Source: Azolla caroliniana
Lineage: Eukaryota; Plantae; Polypodiophyta
Length of the DNA stretch: 64,000 nt
Assembly (NCBI GenBank): GCA_043228905.1
Contig: JBHGNT010000010.1
Coordinates: 12,896,001 to 12,960,000 of the forward strand
Direction of reading: 5' to 3'
Below the pieces are notes generated by a model that was given only the letters and a program-made list of their open reading frames with translations, was not told the DNA's origin and did not search any database. Of this stretch, positions 1-12,815 are shown piece after piece; the stretch's first letter is position 1, and each line of letters opens with the position of its first letter. Both the position numbers and the translations under genes were made by a program.

Positions 1-389
1 ACAACTACAGAGATGGGATATATGAAAACAAAACTTCTATTACATACGAGAGTAGCTCACAATGGTAGTTTTGCCATGCACTCACACCTTAGAACTTAGA
101 TAGGATATGGACTTGCTCACTACAAAATTAGTGGGGACTAATAATCAAGCCAACCACTATGAAAAGAAAGTGGATTGCTTTCTATGTTTGGTCTAAGTAT
201 AACATTACATGTGCAAGTTAGTTGATAGTAGTGGAGATATTCCTTTTCTGTCAACTGACTTGTCATTTAATATGACCAACTCCCTAGGTACAGGCTAGTG
301 CTAGATAATGCTTATCTTGAAGTCAATGACACATACTTCAAGACTAAGTACATCGTAACTTGCCCACAGATCATTCATTATATCTAACA
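1..389 (-). mobile_element. LTR of copia family C (window-truncated, internally deleted)
   Basis: Matches the LTRs at 32137 and 42311. Ends ...tatctaaca and is followed by tggat. Confidence 0.9.
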
Positions 390-528
390 TGGATAACTTG
401 ATACAATTTCAAACAATACGCATAGATTGCAAAATAATGGTCAACTGTCGATAAGCATTGCACCATGTTTCTTTATTTGTAGCGATGGACTAGAATAGTA
501 CATTAACTAATTCATTTACTAAATGAAT

Positions 529-601
529 TCCATTGTAGTCTAGTTAGTTCGGATCCTTGTTTTTTACATGAGACTCCCGGGTACAACTATAGGCATTGGA
601 A
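529..601 (+). pseudogene. Diverged tRNA-Glu-derived copy (type B; example, one per unit)
   Basis: Colinear 73-nt alignment with tRNA-Glu, located 255 bp upstream of the main copy at 784. Confidence 0.8.
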
Positions 602-783
602 AGACTAGATACATCATATATCATGAGTTCGTGTGGCATCGATAAAAACCCTTGAAATTATTAAATCTTAAAAACGAGAGTGTGTTAGAATAATCCTACG
701 TTTTTCTTTTATGCTTGCGCAATATATAAATATTATTTATTACTAATCAATTATTGCAATATTAAAACGTGCACAAGATGTGA

Positions 784-856
784 TCCATTGTAGTGTAGTT
801 GGTTAGTAAACTCGTCTCTCACCCGAGAGATCCGGGATAAACTCCCGGAAATGGAA
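784..856 (+). pseudogene. tRNA-Glu(CTC) pseudogene
   Basis: tccattgtagtgtagttgg...tctcacccgagaga...; D arm and T loop are mutated. Confidence 0.85.
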
Positions 857-1539
857 AAGTCAATAAATATCAGAGATCAAAATTTCGACGCATTTCATGT
901 GTTAACTATTTGATAGCTCAAAAACTCAAGACCTAAAGTAGTTGTTACAATAATGTACAATTAACAAAATAATCAATATTATGTTCCAAGGATTGATGAC
1001 GAACTTTACTTTGATTTTTTTCTCCTAACATCAATTTCTAAACTTAATCCCTATTCAATTAATGGTAGAGGTTTCAAATAAATTTGACAAAACATTATGT
1101 TGTTCGAGAAAAGAAGAAGCTTTATATTTAGTCGGAGTTATTCCTCAACATTGTTACGACAATTTAGTACACCAACAATTATAGTTTGGATAACTTCATA
1201 CAATTTCAAAAAATATGCATAGATTGCAGAATAATGGTCAAAGTATTAGAATATTACATTAACTAATTTATTTACTAAATGAATTGCATTCTAGTCTAGT
1301 TGGTTCGGATCCTTGCTTTTTACCTGTGACACCCGGGTACAACTACAGGCATTGGAAACACTAGATACATCATAGATCATAAGTTCCTGTGGCATCGATA
1401 AAAACCCTCGAAATTATTAAAACTTAAAAACGAGTGTGTGTTAGAATAATCCTCAGTTTCTTGTTGATGCTTGCGCAATATATAAATATTATTTATTTCT
1501 AGTTAATGAGTGCAATATTTGAAAGTGTAAACGATGTGA

Positions 1540-1611
1540 TCCATTGTAGCTAGTTGGTTAGGATACTCGGCTCTCACTAGAGAGACCCGGGTTTAACTCT
1601 CGGCAATGGAA
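1540..1611 (+). pseudogene. tRNA-Glu(CTC) pseudogene
   Basis: 1-nt deletion in the D stem; anticodon-stem and T-loop substitutions. Confidence 0.85.
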
Positions 1612-2283
1612 ACGACACTATCATATCTCAAATTTCCGACGCATGTCATGTGTTAACTGTTTGATAACTCAAAAACTGAAGACCTAAAGTAGTTGTTACA
1701 ATAATGTACAATTAACATTATAAGGGATATTATGTTTGAAGGATTGATGACGAACTTTAGTTTGATTTTTTTCTCGCAGCATCAATTTCTAAAGTTAATC
1801 CCATTATTCGATTCATGGTAGTGGTTTCAAATGAAATTTTACGAAACATTATGTTGTTCGGGACAAGAAATAATGTACAAGTAACAAAATAATCAATATT
1901 ATTGTGAAATGCACATAAATGGAATCCAAAACTAGTTTGCTTAGCTTCTTACTTCCTATTCAATTTATAGTCGTACAAAGGTACCCATTTGGGTTGGCTC
2001 TACTTAGCTACATGTCCTGACAAGGCTATAAATTGATTGCACGAACCACGGTGAATGGGCGGATCTATCGGTGAGACCGCGCCGCCGGACCGGGAAGTAA
2101 ACAAGGACTTTGATTCCATCATCATAAGTCGAGGTAATTCGACCCACGTCGTAGTGTCGCTTTTGGCGTGATCCAACCATGCTAAGACATCCTCAGAGGG
2201 CAAGCCGAAGAAGGACTTTGGGCGAACGTTGGAATCGGGCCGATCTGGAGACGACTTGCAGGAGAACATAGCTTGGTTCGTGT

Positions 2284-5200
2284 TGTTGAAGACAAGGCCG
2301 TCAATGCGGAAGATCAAGTAGCATTCGATTGGAGTTGAGTACCTGCGTATGACAGAATCGAAGATCGTGCACAGAGATAGAGAGAGAGAGAGAGGAGGCA
2401 CAAAAGACTCTTTCTATTCAATAGAAACAATAATACAACCAACCTTACAAAAAGGTTACTAGGTCACTTTATATAGTGACAAACTTAGGGCAACTACCAT
2501 TTATGCTAATTACACAAATGGCCCAAACTTGAGCTATACAAAGGGATAGTGTGAATACGTCCATTATACACTTGTATTCGACACTCCCCCGTAATGGGCG
2601 TATACATGGGTTATCTAAGATTACAGGTATAAACCTAGGTTCTCGGACATATCAGTTTTGTTCGAGTCGGCAGGGTCCGAAGGCAGAAGGCCGGACTGGT
2701 CGTATCGGGTATCGAGGTCGGATGGTCCGAAAGCGAATTATTCTGCTGTGCCGAGTCAGAGTTGTCCGAGTCGGTAGTGTAAGGTTCAGCTACCCGTGAA
2801 GCTGACCGTGTGTTAAGAGCGGGGCCTTCTTGAAGGGTCGGCACATCGGAAAATGTTACCCTTCGGACTTCGATCGGTGTTTCGACTGATGGATTCATAG
2901 CCGACTCGTTGAACACAACGTCCGAACTTCGAACGATTTGTCTGCGTTCGGGGTCCCAGAGTCGGTATCCCATTTCGCCGTCTGATCCATATCCAAGGAA
3001 AATGCATTTCCTGGACCGAGGTGCAAGTTTTCGGCGATCATCTTTCGGAATAAGGGCGTACGCCTCGCATCCGAAGATCCTCAGCTTGTCGTAATTCGGC
3101 TTACTGCCGATCCATAGTTCCTGAGGAATTTGAAGTCCTAGAGGTCTGCTTGGCGACATATTGATTATGTGTACTGCCGTGAGTAGAGCCTCTGCCCAGA
3201 AGCCATCCGACAGTCCGGAGTGTTGGAGCATGGAAACTATCCGTTCTTGGATTGTCCGATTCATGCGTTCTGCAATCCCGTTTTGCTCCGGACTGTGTGG
3301 TGCCGTAAATTCACGTCGGATGCCGCGTTGTCGGCAGAATTTGACGAATTCTTCTGATTTGAACTCTCCCCCATTGTCGGTCCGAAAGCATTTCAGTTTT
3401 CGGTCAGTTTGATTTTCTACCATAGCGAGCCAATCGGAGAAGATCGAGAAGACACGATCTTTGGTGCGAATTGGATAAGCCCACACCTTTCGAGTCGAAT
3501 CGTCAATAAAACTGACGAAGTAAGAGGCACCGCCGAGAGACTGATGCGGCATTGGGCCACAGACGTCCGAGTGGACTAAATCGAGAGGTCTCGTTTCTCT
3601 TGGTGCTGATGTCGGGTGTGATGCGGCTGCTTGTTTGCCATACTGGCAATGTTCGCAGAATTGATGGTCCGAGAAGGAGAGTTTAGGGATGTATCCGGCT
3701 CTAGATAGGTGCGTGATGCCGGCCTTGCTGAGGTGTCCTAATCTTCTGTGCCATAGTGATGACACAGGAATATCCACCAAAAACAGGTTACCCTCTCTGA
3801 GCGTAACATGTAACGGATACAGTGAGTGTATCTTGGGTCCTCTAGCAAGCAGGAGGTTCCCCCTGTGGAGTGTCCACCCTCCCGAAGAAAAACCGGCACG
3901 AATGCCGTCTTCATCTAGTTGTTCGACTGAGATCAATGGCCTTGAGAGCTCGGGTACATGTCGGACATTGTGAAGTACAAGTGTAGAGCCACCTGCAAGG
4001 TTGAGCTCTACTGTGCCGATTCCAATGATGTCACAGTGTTGCGAGTTGCCGACTCGAACTGAGTCGGAGTGACGGATCGTGTATTGCCGAAATTGGGATC
4101 GATGAGGAGTCACGTGAAATGACGCGCCCGAATCTAAGAGCCATGTGCTCGATTCTTCAGTCGTGAGCAGAACTTCTGATCCGACTGGATTTTCGATTGA
4201 TAGTATATTCGGGTCGTTTGGTAGCACATCAGCTGAGAAGCTGACGTAATTGATCTCCTCATGCCGGCCACTCTTCTTGTCTGATTTCTGAGACTTGTCG
4301 TTCTTGTTCTTGAGTGCGCGGCAGTCGGCTTTGATGTGTCCGGGTTTCTTGCAATAGTTGCAGATTCGATTATCCCGTGACTGGCTCCGTCTTCGCTGAT
4401 TGTTCGGCTGCCGTGAGGAATCTCTTCCTCGTATGTTCGATCGGTCTGTCGAACCTTGTACTACATAAGCGTCGTCTGTTGAGTCTTTGGCGAAAGACTT
4501 TCTCCGAGCTGCTTCGGTCAGGATTGCGCTCGTGACTTCGGAGTATTTAACAGCCGTGGTTGACGCGTTGCACACGGTTGTGACGAAAGTTTCCCATGAT
4601 GAGGGAAGGCTGCTCATGAGTATCATTGCTCTGAGTTCATCCTCGATTGCCGTCCCCTGAGATGAGATTTGGGAGCTTATGCTTTCGTACTCATTGAGAT
4701 GTGCTTGAACCGAATCTGATTCTTTCATCCGCAAGTTGTAGAGGCGCCGGATCAGAAACATCTTCGTTGCAGCGACCTTCTTTTCGTAGGTGTCCGACAG
4801 TGTTTTCCACAGTTCGAATGTTGTCGTACACGATTGCACCGTAAAGTATACCGATTCCGATAGGTGCATCCGAATCGTGGCGCGGACGATTCTGTCCAGC
4901 TTCTGCCACTCAATTGGTTTGTATCCTTCTGGAGGTGCTTCATTTTCGATGGGATCGATTTGCCCCTTGACTATGAGATAGTCCTGCATTTGCTCCTTCC
5001 AGAAGTTGAAGTTCGATCCATCGAACTTTCGTAGACTCATTTCTGACGAGCCGGATGTTGTTGTCATGACTCTGCCCTAAGTCGGCTACGAACTTTGGTG
5101 AAGTGCAACGGTTTGGCTCACTCAGTGTCGTTCTAGCCGAAGTTGGACACAAGTGATGTTGATTACGGAGAATCAGGGATTTGGTTCGGATTGACTACCG

Positions 5201-5946
5201 ACAACTGTCTTAGTCGAGTTGAACCTAGATTTAACGATCCGACAGTACTTCAAGCCGATTCGGTTTCGGTTGACTGCAACGGTGAGAGCAATGGAACCGA
5301 CTGGTCCTTCCGATTATTATCCAATCGAATGAAACGCGAACTGGGGTTGTCCTTGAAGTCGTCGTTGTGCAGGAAGCCCACCTCAAGCAGTTACGATCAA
5401 GGAAGTAGAGTACAGCCGACTGGCTTACTCCGAGTGATGATCTAACGTAGCGAGATTCAAGCTTGTGTTTGCCTACTTTCTTCTCTGTTTCTTCGAATGA
5501 CGCAAGAAACCGAATGCTTTGCAGACTAGGATGAAGCGAAAGGCCGAATACTGTGCAGGCTGTGATGAAGCGAAGAACCGAATGCTGTGCAAGCTGAGAC
5601 GACGGCCGACAGCGGGTTGAGGGACCTCGCTCTGATACCAAATGTTGAAGACAAGGCCGTCAATGCGGAAGATCAAGTAGCATTCGATTGGGGTTGAGTA
5701 CCTGCGTATGACAGAATCGAAGATCGTGCACAGAGATAGAGAGAGAGAGAGAGAGAGGAGGCACAAAAGACTCTTTCTATTTAATAGAAACAATAATACA
5801 ACCAACCTTACAAAAAGGTTACTAGGTCACTTTATATAGTGACAAACTTAGGGCAACTACCATTTATGCTAATTACACAAATGGCCCAAACTTGAGCTAT
5901 ACAAAGGGATAGTGTGAATACGTCCATTATACACTTGTATTCGACA
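2284..5946 (-). mobile_element. Ty1/copia element A, lacking RT/RNase H
   Basis: LTRs 2284-2583 and 5643-5946 (TG..CA, near-identical), TSD cgtgt, PBS tggtatcagagc (tRNA-iMet), PPT next to 2584. Confidence 0.97.
2635..5067 (-). CDS. Copia Gag-protease-integrase polyprotein (810 aa, no RT/RH)
   Basis: KFDGSNFNFWK, zinc knuckle CNYCKKPGHIKADC, protease WLLDSGASFH, LWHRRLGH..CEHC, integrase HSDVCGP/RTDNGGEF/QNGIAERMNRT. Confidence 0.95.
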   Translation of the reverse strand: MTTTSGSSEMSLRKFDGSNFNFWKEQMQDYLIVKGQIDPIENEAPPEGYKPIEWQKLDRIVRATIRMHLSESVYFTVQSCTTTFELWKTLSDTYEKKVAATKMFLIRRLYNLRMKESDSVQAHLNEYESISSQISSQGTAIEDELRAMILMSSLPSSWETFVTTVCNASTTAVKYSEVTSAILTEAARRKSFAKDSTDDAYVVQGSTDRSNIRGRDSSRQPNNQRRRSQSRDNRICNYCKKPGHIKADCRALKNKNDKSQKSDKKSGRHEEINYVSFSADVLPNDPNILSIENPVGSEVLLTTEESSTWLLDSGASFHVTPHRSQFRQYTIRHSDSVRVGNSQHCDIIGIGTVELNLAGGSTLVLHNVRHVPELSRPLISVEQLDEDGIRAGFSSGGWTLHRGNLLLARGPKIHSLYPLHVTLREGNLFLVDIPVSSLWHRRLGHLSKAGITHLSRAGYIPKLSFSDHQFCEHCQYGKQAAASHPTSAPRETRPLDLVHSDVCGPMPHQSLGGASYFVSFIDDSTRKVWAYPIRTKDRVFSIFSDWLAMVENQTDRKLKCFRTDNGGEFKSEEFVKFCRQRGIRREFTAPHSPEQNGIAERMNRTIQERIVSMLQHSGLSDGFWAEALLTAVHIINMSPSRPLGLQIPQELWIGSKPNYDKLRIFGCEAYALIPKDDRRKLAPRSRKCIFLGYGSDGEMGYRLWDPERRQIVRSSDVVFNESAMNPSVETPIEVRRVTFSDVPTLQEGPALNTRSASRVAEPYTTDSDNSDSAQQNNSLSDHPTSIPDTTSPAFCLRTLPTRTKLICPRT

Positions 5947-6956
5947 CGTGTCGTTGATTTGAAGCATGGCGTTGGAGAAGACTTGCAGGAGTTGCTCCAT
6001 TTGGAAGGGGGGTGGCCACTCAGGAGGTTGCGGGAACTCAGCTTGCATAAGGGTATCGACTTCGATGACGATGGGAGGGAATTGGGACGCCATGACCGAG
6101 GTGATAGTGGCGAAAATTTTATCCCGCTTCTCCACCAATTATGTGAAATGCACATAAATGGAATCCAAAACCAGCTTGCTTAGCGTCTTACTTCATATTC
6201 AATTTATAGTCGCACAAAGGTACCCATTTGGGTTGGCTCTATTTAGCTACATGCTTCCTAACAAGGCTATGCTAAAAGGGGCACAAAGGAACACATGCCG
6301 ACCCAACATGAAGGCATGCACTTGCATCCAAGGGACACCACATTATGTTTGAAGGATTGATGACGAACTTTACTTTGATTTTTTTCTCCTAACATCAATT
6401 TCTAAACTTAATCCCATTATTTGATTAATGGTAGAGGTTTCAAATGAAATTTGACAAAACATTACGTTGTTCAGGACAAGAAGAAGCAGTATTTTTAGTC
6501 ATGGTTATTCCTCAACATTGTTACAACAAATTAGTACACGAACGTTTATAGTTTGGATAACTTGATAAAATTTCAAAAACTATGCATAGATTGCAGAGTA
6601 ATGGTGAACTTTCGATAAGCATTGCACCATGTTTCTTTATTTGTAGCAAAGGATTAGAATATTACATTAACTAATTCATTTAGTAAATGAATTCCATTGT
6701 AGTCTAGTTGTCTGAATCCTTGCTTTTTACCCGAGATGCTCGGGTACAACTACAGGCATTGGAAACACTAGATACATCATAGATCATAAGTTCATGTGGT
6801 TTTTATACAAACCCTTGAAATTATTAATTCTTAAAAACGAGAGTGTGTTACAATAATCTTGCGTTTTTCATTGATGCTTGCGCAATATTTAAATATTATT
6901 TATTATGAATCAATGATTGCAATATTAAAAAACTTAAGACCTAAAGTAGTTGTTAC

Positions 6957-7465
6957 AATAATGTACAATTAACAAAATAATAAATATTATGTTTGAAAGA
7001 TTGATGACGAACTTTAGTTTGATTTTTTTCTCGTAACATCAATTTCTAAACTTAATCCTATTATTCAATTAATGGTAGAGTTTTCAAATGAAATTTGACA
7101 AAACACTATGTTGTTCGGGACAAGAAATAATGTACAATTAACAAAATAAGGGATATTATGTTTGAAGGATTGATGACGAACTTTATTTTGATTTTTTTCT
7201 CCAAACATCAATTTCTAAACTTAATCCCATTATTCAATTAATGGTAGTGGTCTCAAATGAAATTTGATGAAACATCATGTTGGTTAGGAGAAGAAATAAT
7301 GTACAATTAACAAAATAATCAATATTATGTTTGAAGTAATGATGACGAACTTTACGTTGATTTTTTTCTCCTAGCATCAATCTGTAAACTTAATCCCATT
7401 ATTCGATTAATGGTAGAGGTTTCAAATGAAATTTGACAAAACATTATGTTGTTCGCTACAAGAAA
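6957..7465 (+). repeat. Three tandem ~170-bp sub-repeats of part of the satellite unit
   Basis: aataatgtacaattaacaaaataa...caagaa recurs at ~6957, ~7125 and ~7295. The preceding unit has lost its main tRNA by deletion. Confidence 0.8.
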
Positions 7466-7926
7466 AAGCATTATATTTAGTCATGATTATTTCTCAACAT
7501 TGTTACGACAAATTAGTACACCAACAATTATAATTTGGATAGCTTGATACAATTTCAAAAAATATGCATAGATTGCAGAATAATTGTCAATTGTCAATGA
7601 GCATTGCACCATGTTTCTTTATTTGTGGCCAAGTACTAGAATATTACATTAACTAATTTATTTACTAAATGAATTCCATTGTAGTCTTGTTGGTTCAGAT
7701 CCTTGCTTTTTACCCGTGACGCCCGGGTACAATTGGCATTGGAAACACTAGATACATTATAGATCATAAGTTCATGTGGCATCGATAAAAACCCTTGAAA
7801 TTATTAAATCTTAGAAACGAGAGTGTGTTAGAATAATCCTTTCTTTTTTGTTGATGCTTGCACAATATATAAATATTATTTATTACTAATCAATGATTGC
7901 AATATTAAAAAGCATACAAGATGTGA

Positions 7927-7999
7927 TCCGTTGTAGTTTAGTTAGTTAGGATACTCGATTCTCACCCGAGAGACTTGGGTTCAACTCTTGGCATTGGAA
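7927..7999 (+). pseudogene. tRNA-Glu(CTC) pseudogene
   Basis: Degenerate copy with many transitions. Confidence 0.8.
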
Positions 8000-8694
8000 A
8001 ACACAATATCATATATCAAATTTTACGACGCATGTTATGTGTTAATTGTTTGATAACTCAAAAACTCAAGACGTAATTTAGCTGTTACAATAATGTACAA
8101 TTAACAAAATAATCAATATTATGTTTGAAGGATTGATGACAAACTTTACTTTAATTTTATTCTCTTAACATCAATTTCTAAACTTAATCCCATTATCCGA
8201 TTAATCGTAGAGGTTTTAAATGAACTTTTACAAAACATTATGTTGTTTGGGACAAGAAGCAGTATATGTAGTCTGTGTTATTCCTCAACATTGTTATGCC
8301 AAATTAGTACACCAAAAATTATAGTTTGGATAACTTGATACAATTTCAAAAAATATGCATAGATTGCAGAATAATGGTCAACTGTCGATGAGCATTGCAC
8401 CATGTATCTTTATTTGTAGTAAAGGACTAGAATATTACATTAACTAATTCATTTACTAAATGAATTCCATTGGAGTGAACCCGAGACGGCCAGGTACATG
8501 TACAGGTATTGGAAACACTGGATACATCATAGATCATGAGTTAATGTGGCATCGATAAATACCCTCGAAATGATTAAATCTTAAAAATGAGTGTGTTAGA
8601 ATAATCTTGCGTTTTTCGTTGATGGTTGCGCAATATATAAATATTATTTGTTTCTAATCAATGATTGCAATATTAAAAAGTGCACAAGATGTGA

Positions 8695-8767
8695 ACCATT
8701 ATAATCTAGTTGGTTAGGATACTCCGCACCCACTCGAGTGACCCGGGTTCAACTCCTGGCAATGGAA
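8695..8767 (+). pseudogene. tRNA-Glu-derived pseudogene
   Basis: Anticodon arm is disrupted; T arm retains gggttcaactc. Confidence 0.8.
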
Positions 8768-9936
8768 AACAGAATATCACATATCAAATTTTGCGACGTA
8801 TGTCATGTGTTAACTGTTTGATAACTCAAAAACTCAAGACCTAAAGTAGCTGTTATAATGTACAATTAAGAAGATAATCAATATTATGTTTCAAGGATTC
8901 ATGGCGAACTTTACTTTGATTTTTTTCTCCTAACATCAATTTCTAAAGTGAATCCCATTATTCGATTAATGGTATCTAGGTTTCAAATGAAATTTAACAA
9001 ACATTATGTTGTTCAAGAGAAGAAGAAGCAGTATATTTAGTCGGAGTTATTCCTCAACATTGTTACGAGAAATTAGTACACCAACAATTATAATTTGGAT
9101 AACTTGATACAATTTTAGAAAATATGCATAGATTGCAGAATAATGGTCAACTGTCGATGAGCATTGCACCATGTTTCTTTATTTGTAGCAAAGGACTAGA
9201 ATATTACATTGACTAATTTATTTACTAAATGAATTCCATTGTAGTCTACTTGGTTTGGATCCTTGCTTTACACGAGACGCCCGGGTACAACTACAGGCAT
9301 TGGAAACACTAGATACATCATAGATCATAAGTCCCTGTGGCATTGATAAAAGGGTGGAAGCACGCTACGGTGTACCAGAAAAGTACTGTTTTTTGCCACA
9401 AAAATTGTAAGTACTTTCGATACTATTAGTACTGAATAATTCGGAAAAGAAAATCAGAGAAATAAAAATTGTCAGTGCTTTCGATTTTGGAAAGTGGGGT
9501 GACTGTAGTACAAGTTTCATTTACTACAAGGAGTGGGGGGAACACTTGAGGAGATCTTCTTTCCATTTTGGGGGCAATTTTCCCCTCACGTCAATTTTGG
9601 CACTTCCCCTCACGTCGTTTTTGGCGGTTCCCCTCATACTCCTCTTCCTCTATCCCACTGAGCTCTTCATCTTAGACATCCATGTCATGTTTCTGCTTTT
9701 CCTCCAATCTAAGAGTTTTGTTAGGGGTTAGGGAGCAAATCTTAGACATCCATGTCAGGTTGGAGCTTTTGAGTTAAGGATTTCTGGTTTTTTTAGGGTT
9801 TCTGTTTTTGTTAGGGTTTAGGTTGAGGAACAGAGACTGTTCTGAGGCCTCTTATAACAGCCAAGAGTGACTTCTTCGACAACGACTTTCTTACTTTTAC
9901 CGATTGTAGTTTCCATCGTGGTGATTTGGGGGTTTT

Positions 9937-10330
9937 TCATGAACAATGTACCACTCACTTAGTTGCGAAATTACACAAATAATACTAATCATGAACAATG
10001 TATTAATCCTGAACAATATACTATTCACTTAGTTCCTAAATTACTGAACTAGTACTAATAAGGAACAAAAGTAGTACTAATAATGAACAATGTACTGCTC
10101 ACTTAGTTCCCAATTTACACAAGTAGTACTAATCATGCACAATGCACTACTCACTTAGTTCCCAAATTACACAAGGAGTACTAATCCTGAACAATGTACT
10201 ACTCACTTAGTTCCCAAATTACAAAACTAGTACTAATCACGAGCAATGTACTACTAACTTAGTTCCCAATTTACAAAACTAGTACTAATCATGAACAATG
10301 TACTACTCGCTAAGTACTAATCGTCAACAA
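9937..10330. repeat. ~51-bp minisatellite rich in AGTACT motifs, inside the DNA element
   Basis: aatcatgaacaatgtactactcacttagttcccaaattacacaagtagtact is repeated about 7-8 times, with degenerate copies out to ~10800. Confidence 0.85.
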
Positions 10331-10998
10331 TGTACAAGTATAGTGTGTACTAACACTAGTACTAGGCACGTTGTAATATAGATTGGACTAACATCTAATC
10401 CAACAAATGTAGATTGGATTTTAGTACTAATGTGGTATTTTGCACACAAGTAATACTAAACGTGATATATGTGTTCTACACACCTAATTACATAAGTTGT
10501 ACTAATTACACCAACAGTATTAATCTTGAACAATATTAGTACTAAATGTGATATGTGTTGACACACCTCATTTCCAAATTACACAAACTGTACTAATATT
10601 CAACAATTTACTATACATCTTGTTCCCAAATTACATAACTAGTACTAATTCCCAAGTTACACAAACAATACTAACAATCAACAATGTACTACAAGTATAG
10701 TGTCTACTAAACTAGTACTAGGCAAGTTGCAATATAGATTGGACGATGTTGTACCTGGTTCCCTTTTAGTACTAATTCTGGAAAATATCCCTTCAACTAC
10801 ACATACCAATTATATATTAAGAGTACTGCCAATACTAACCCACATAATTAGGGTTCCACATATTAGTTGTTAGAGATACACTAATACTAATCCATTGTTC
10901 TCCTAAATTTGAAGTATGAGTTGTGGCATACACTAGTTCTAATCCAAATGTAAATTGACATCATATAATACAAACAATAGAATAGTAGAGCCACATAC

Positions 10999-12350
10999 CG
11001 TACGAGTGTACTTTTAAACCCCAAGCATAGTACCACTCAGCCGCAATTGTAGTTTTACAGTCCATACATGTATTCTCTTTCTCAAAATGATACTTAGCAC
11101 ATAGCACATGATATGTGTGCAAGCACGGTGTAATCACAACATCCATAGCCTCCAGCTTGAATCCGAGGCCACAAAATATACACCTGGCAGATTGCAAACA
11201 CAAGTTATAATATATTAGGTAATATGATATTTATACCACAGAAGTAGAAATAAATAACTTTTAAAGCCAATACCGTGATATAGCTATACTAGTAATGGTA
11301 CTTTCCATACCACTTGGGTGCTCAATTACAGATGGACACAAAGTTTCAAAACCTTTTTGTTTTAAATCCGGCATCAAGCACGCAAGGTTCTCAGAATGCA
11401 ACTTTAAAGCTAACAACTTATTATCTATTTTGGAATGTGCATTCCTGCAAGTATCAAGGTCTCTCATTTGTGAACCTAATTGAGTGCCCATATTGTTTAG
11501 CTCTTTCTTCAACTCCTCTTTCAATCCCTCACTTTCTGAATTTTGGATTGTCGATGCAATCCATTCATATGTAGTCTTTAATGAAGAGAATTTCTTTTCT
11601 GCGTGTATCTCAGCTGATTTAATTGCTTCCAAATCAGCAAGTAGTGCTTGTATTCTTGAGCTCATAGATGCTATGCACTGGCCATCATCTATTCATTCTT
11701 TTCAGTCATTGTGGCCCGTACCTTTGCAGATTGAACTTGGTGAACAGGTGTTGTAGCCGGAATATCCACATGAGAGGTTCCCGATGACTTCAAGCCAGTG
11801 TTGGTGCTGGAGGACACTTTATAATGTTCTGACCGGTGCCGATTAAAATCTTCCCAATCTATGTCGATGCCACCCTGAACTTCACATGCAAATGCACGTG
11901 CAAAAACAGTACCCACCTCATTGTTACAGATTTGATTTGTATCATAAACATGTTCATATCTCGTCTTCAATAAGTTGACATATTCCCTCTTCAATCCACT
12001 TATGTGGAATCCTTGCCTTGTATCGGGATATGCTGACCCCTAGGTTTTTATCAACCACTCTCTCAGCTCAGGATAAACTTCAGGTCGTGCTCAAAGGAAA
12101 TAACTCCATCTGAGAGGTGTGTCTCGAATGATGGAGTGGTACATCTTCTTTCTCTATGTTGATGAATTCATCACCCTTTCTCTTGTGGGTGTCTTCTCGC
12201 TTTCTCTTTTGGGTGTCTTCTTGCTTTCTCTGAGAGGTGTCCTTTTTCCTTCCTGCACTAGTGTCTTCACTTTCTCTTTCATCAATGTCTTCTCTATGGG
12301 TGTCCTTCTCGTCATTGTCCTAGTCATCGCTATTCTCGTTGAATGAATAT
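10999..12350 (-). pseudogene. Spliced gene for acidic region + coiled coil + RING-H2 finger (frameshifted/stopped)
   Basis: CIFC-x15-CLHTYHVLC-x10-CMDC. A GT-AG intron at 11273-11184 joins AISR|CIFC in frame, and the next donor is at 10998. Upstream ORFs are 11261-11665 and 11689-11994. Confidence 0.75.
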
Positions 12351-12407
12351 GCATGTACTAGAATAAAACTCATCAAATTACCATCAACACATACCAAGTA
12401 ATCACAT

Positions 12408-12815
12408 TGCATGTAAAAGCCATGTCAAACACACAAAAACCCTAAATAGTCGGAAGAAAACTCATCCATGTCTAACACATACAAATTAAAAACAGACAGA
12501 CAGGAAACACAAAGAAAACGAAAACATACCAACAAAACGAAAACATAGCAACTGATCATAGCAAACTCCATCTAAGTTGCATGTACAAACCATGTCAAAC
12601 ACACAACCACCCTAAATAGTCGGAAGAAAACTCATCCATGTCAAACACATACAAATTAAAAACAGACAAACAGGAAACACAGAGAAAATGAAAACATACC
12701 AGTTGGGCATGCAACACATAGACTATGAATAATCAAAACCTAAAAAAGCCCATACACATACAAATTAAAAACAGACGGACAGGAAACATAGAGAAAACGA
12801 TAACATACCAGTTAG
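12408..12815. repeat. ~170-bp direct repeat inside the DNA element
   Basis: catgtcaaacacacaa..cctaaatagtcggaagaaaactcatcc at 12421 and 12591, plus a partial third copy. Confidence 0.75.

Larger units (their letters stand above)
1903..6342 (-). mobile_element. Small-LTR gypsy-like deletion derivative, host of nested copia A
   Basis: LTR tgtgaaatg...ccaca at 6142-6342 and a truncated copy at 1903-~2029. Flanking ttat (or attat) duplication. PBS-like tggtggagaagcggg. Gag-like remnant RPKSFFGLPSEDVLAWLDH. Confidence 0.8.
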
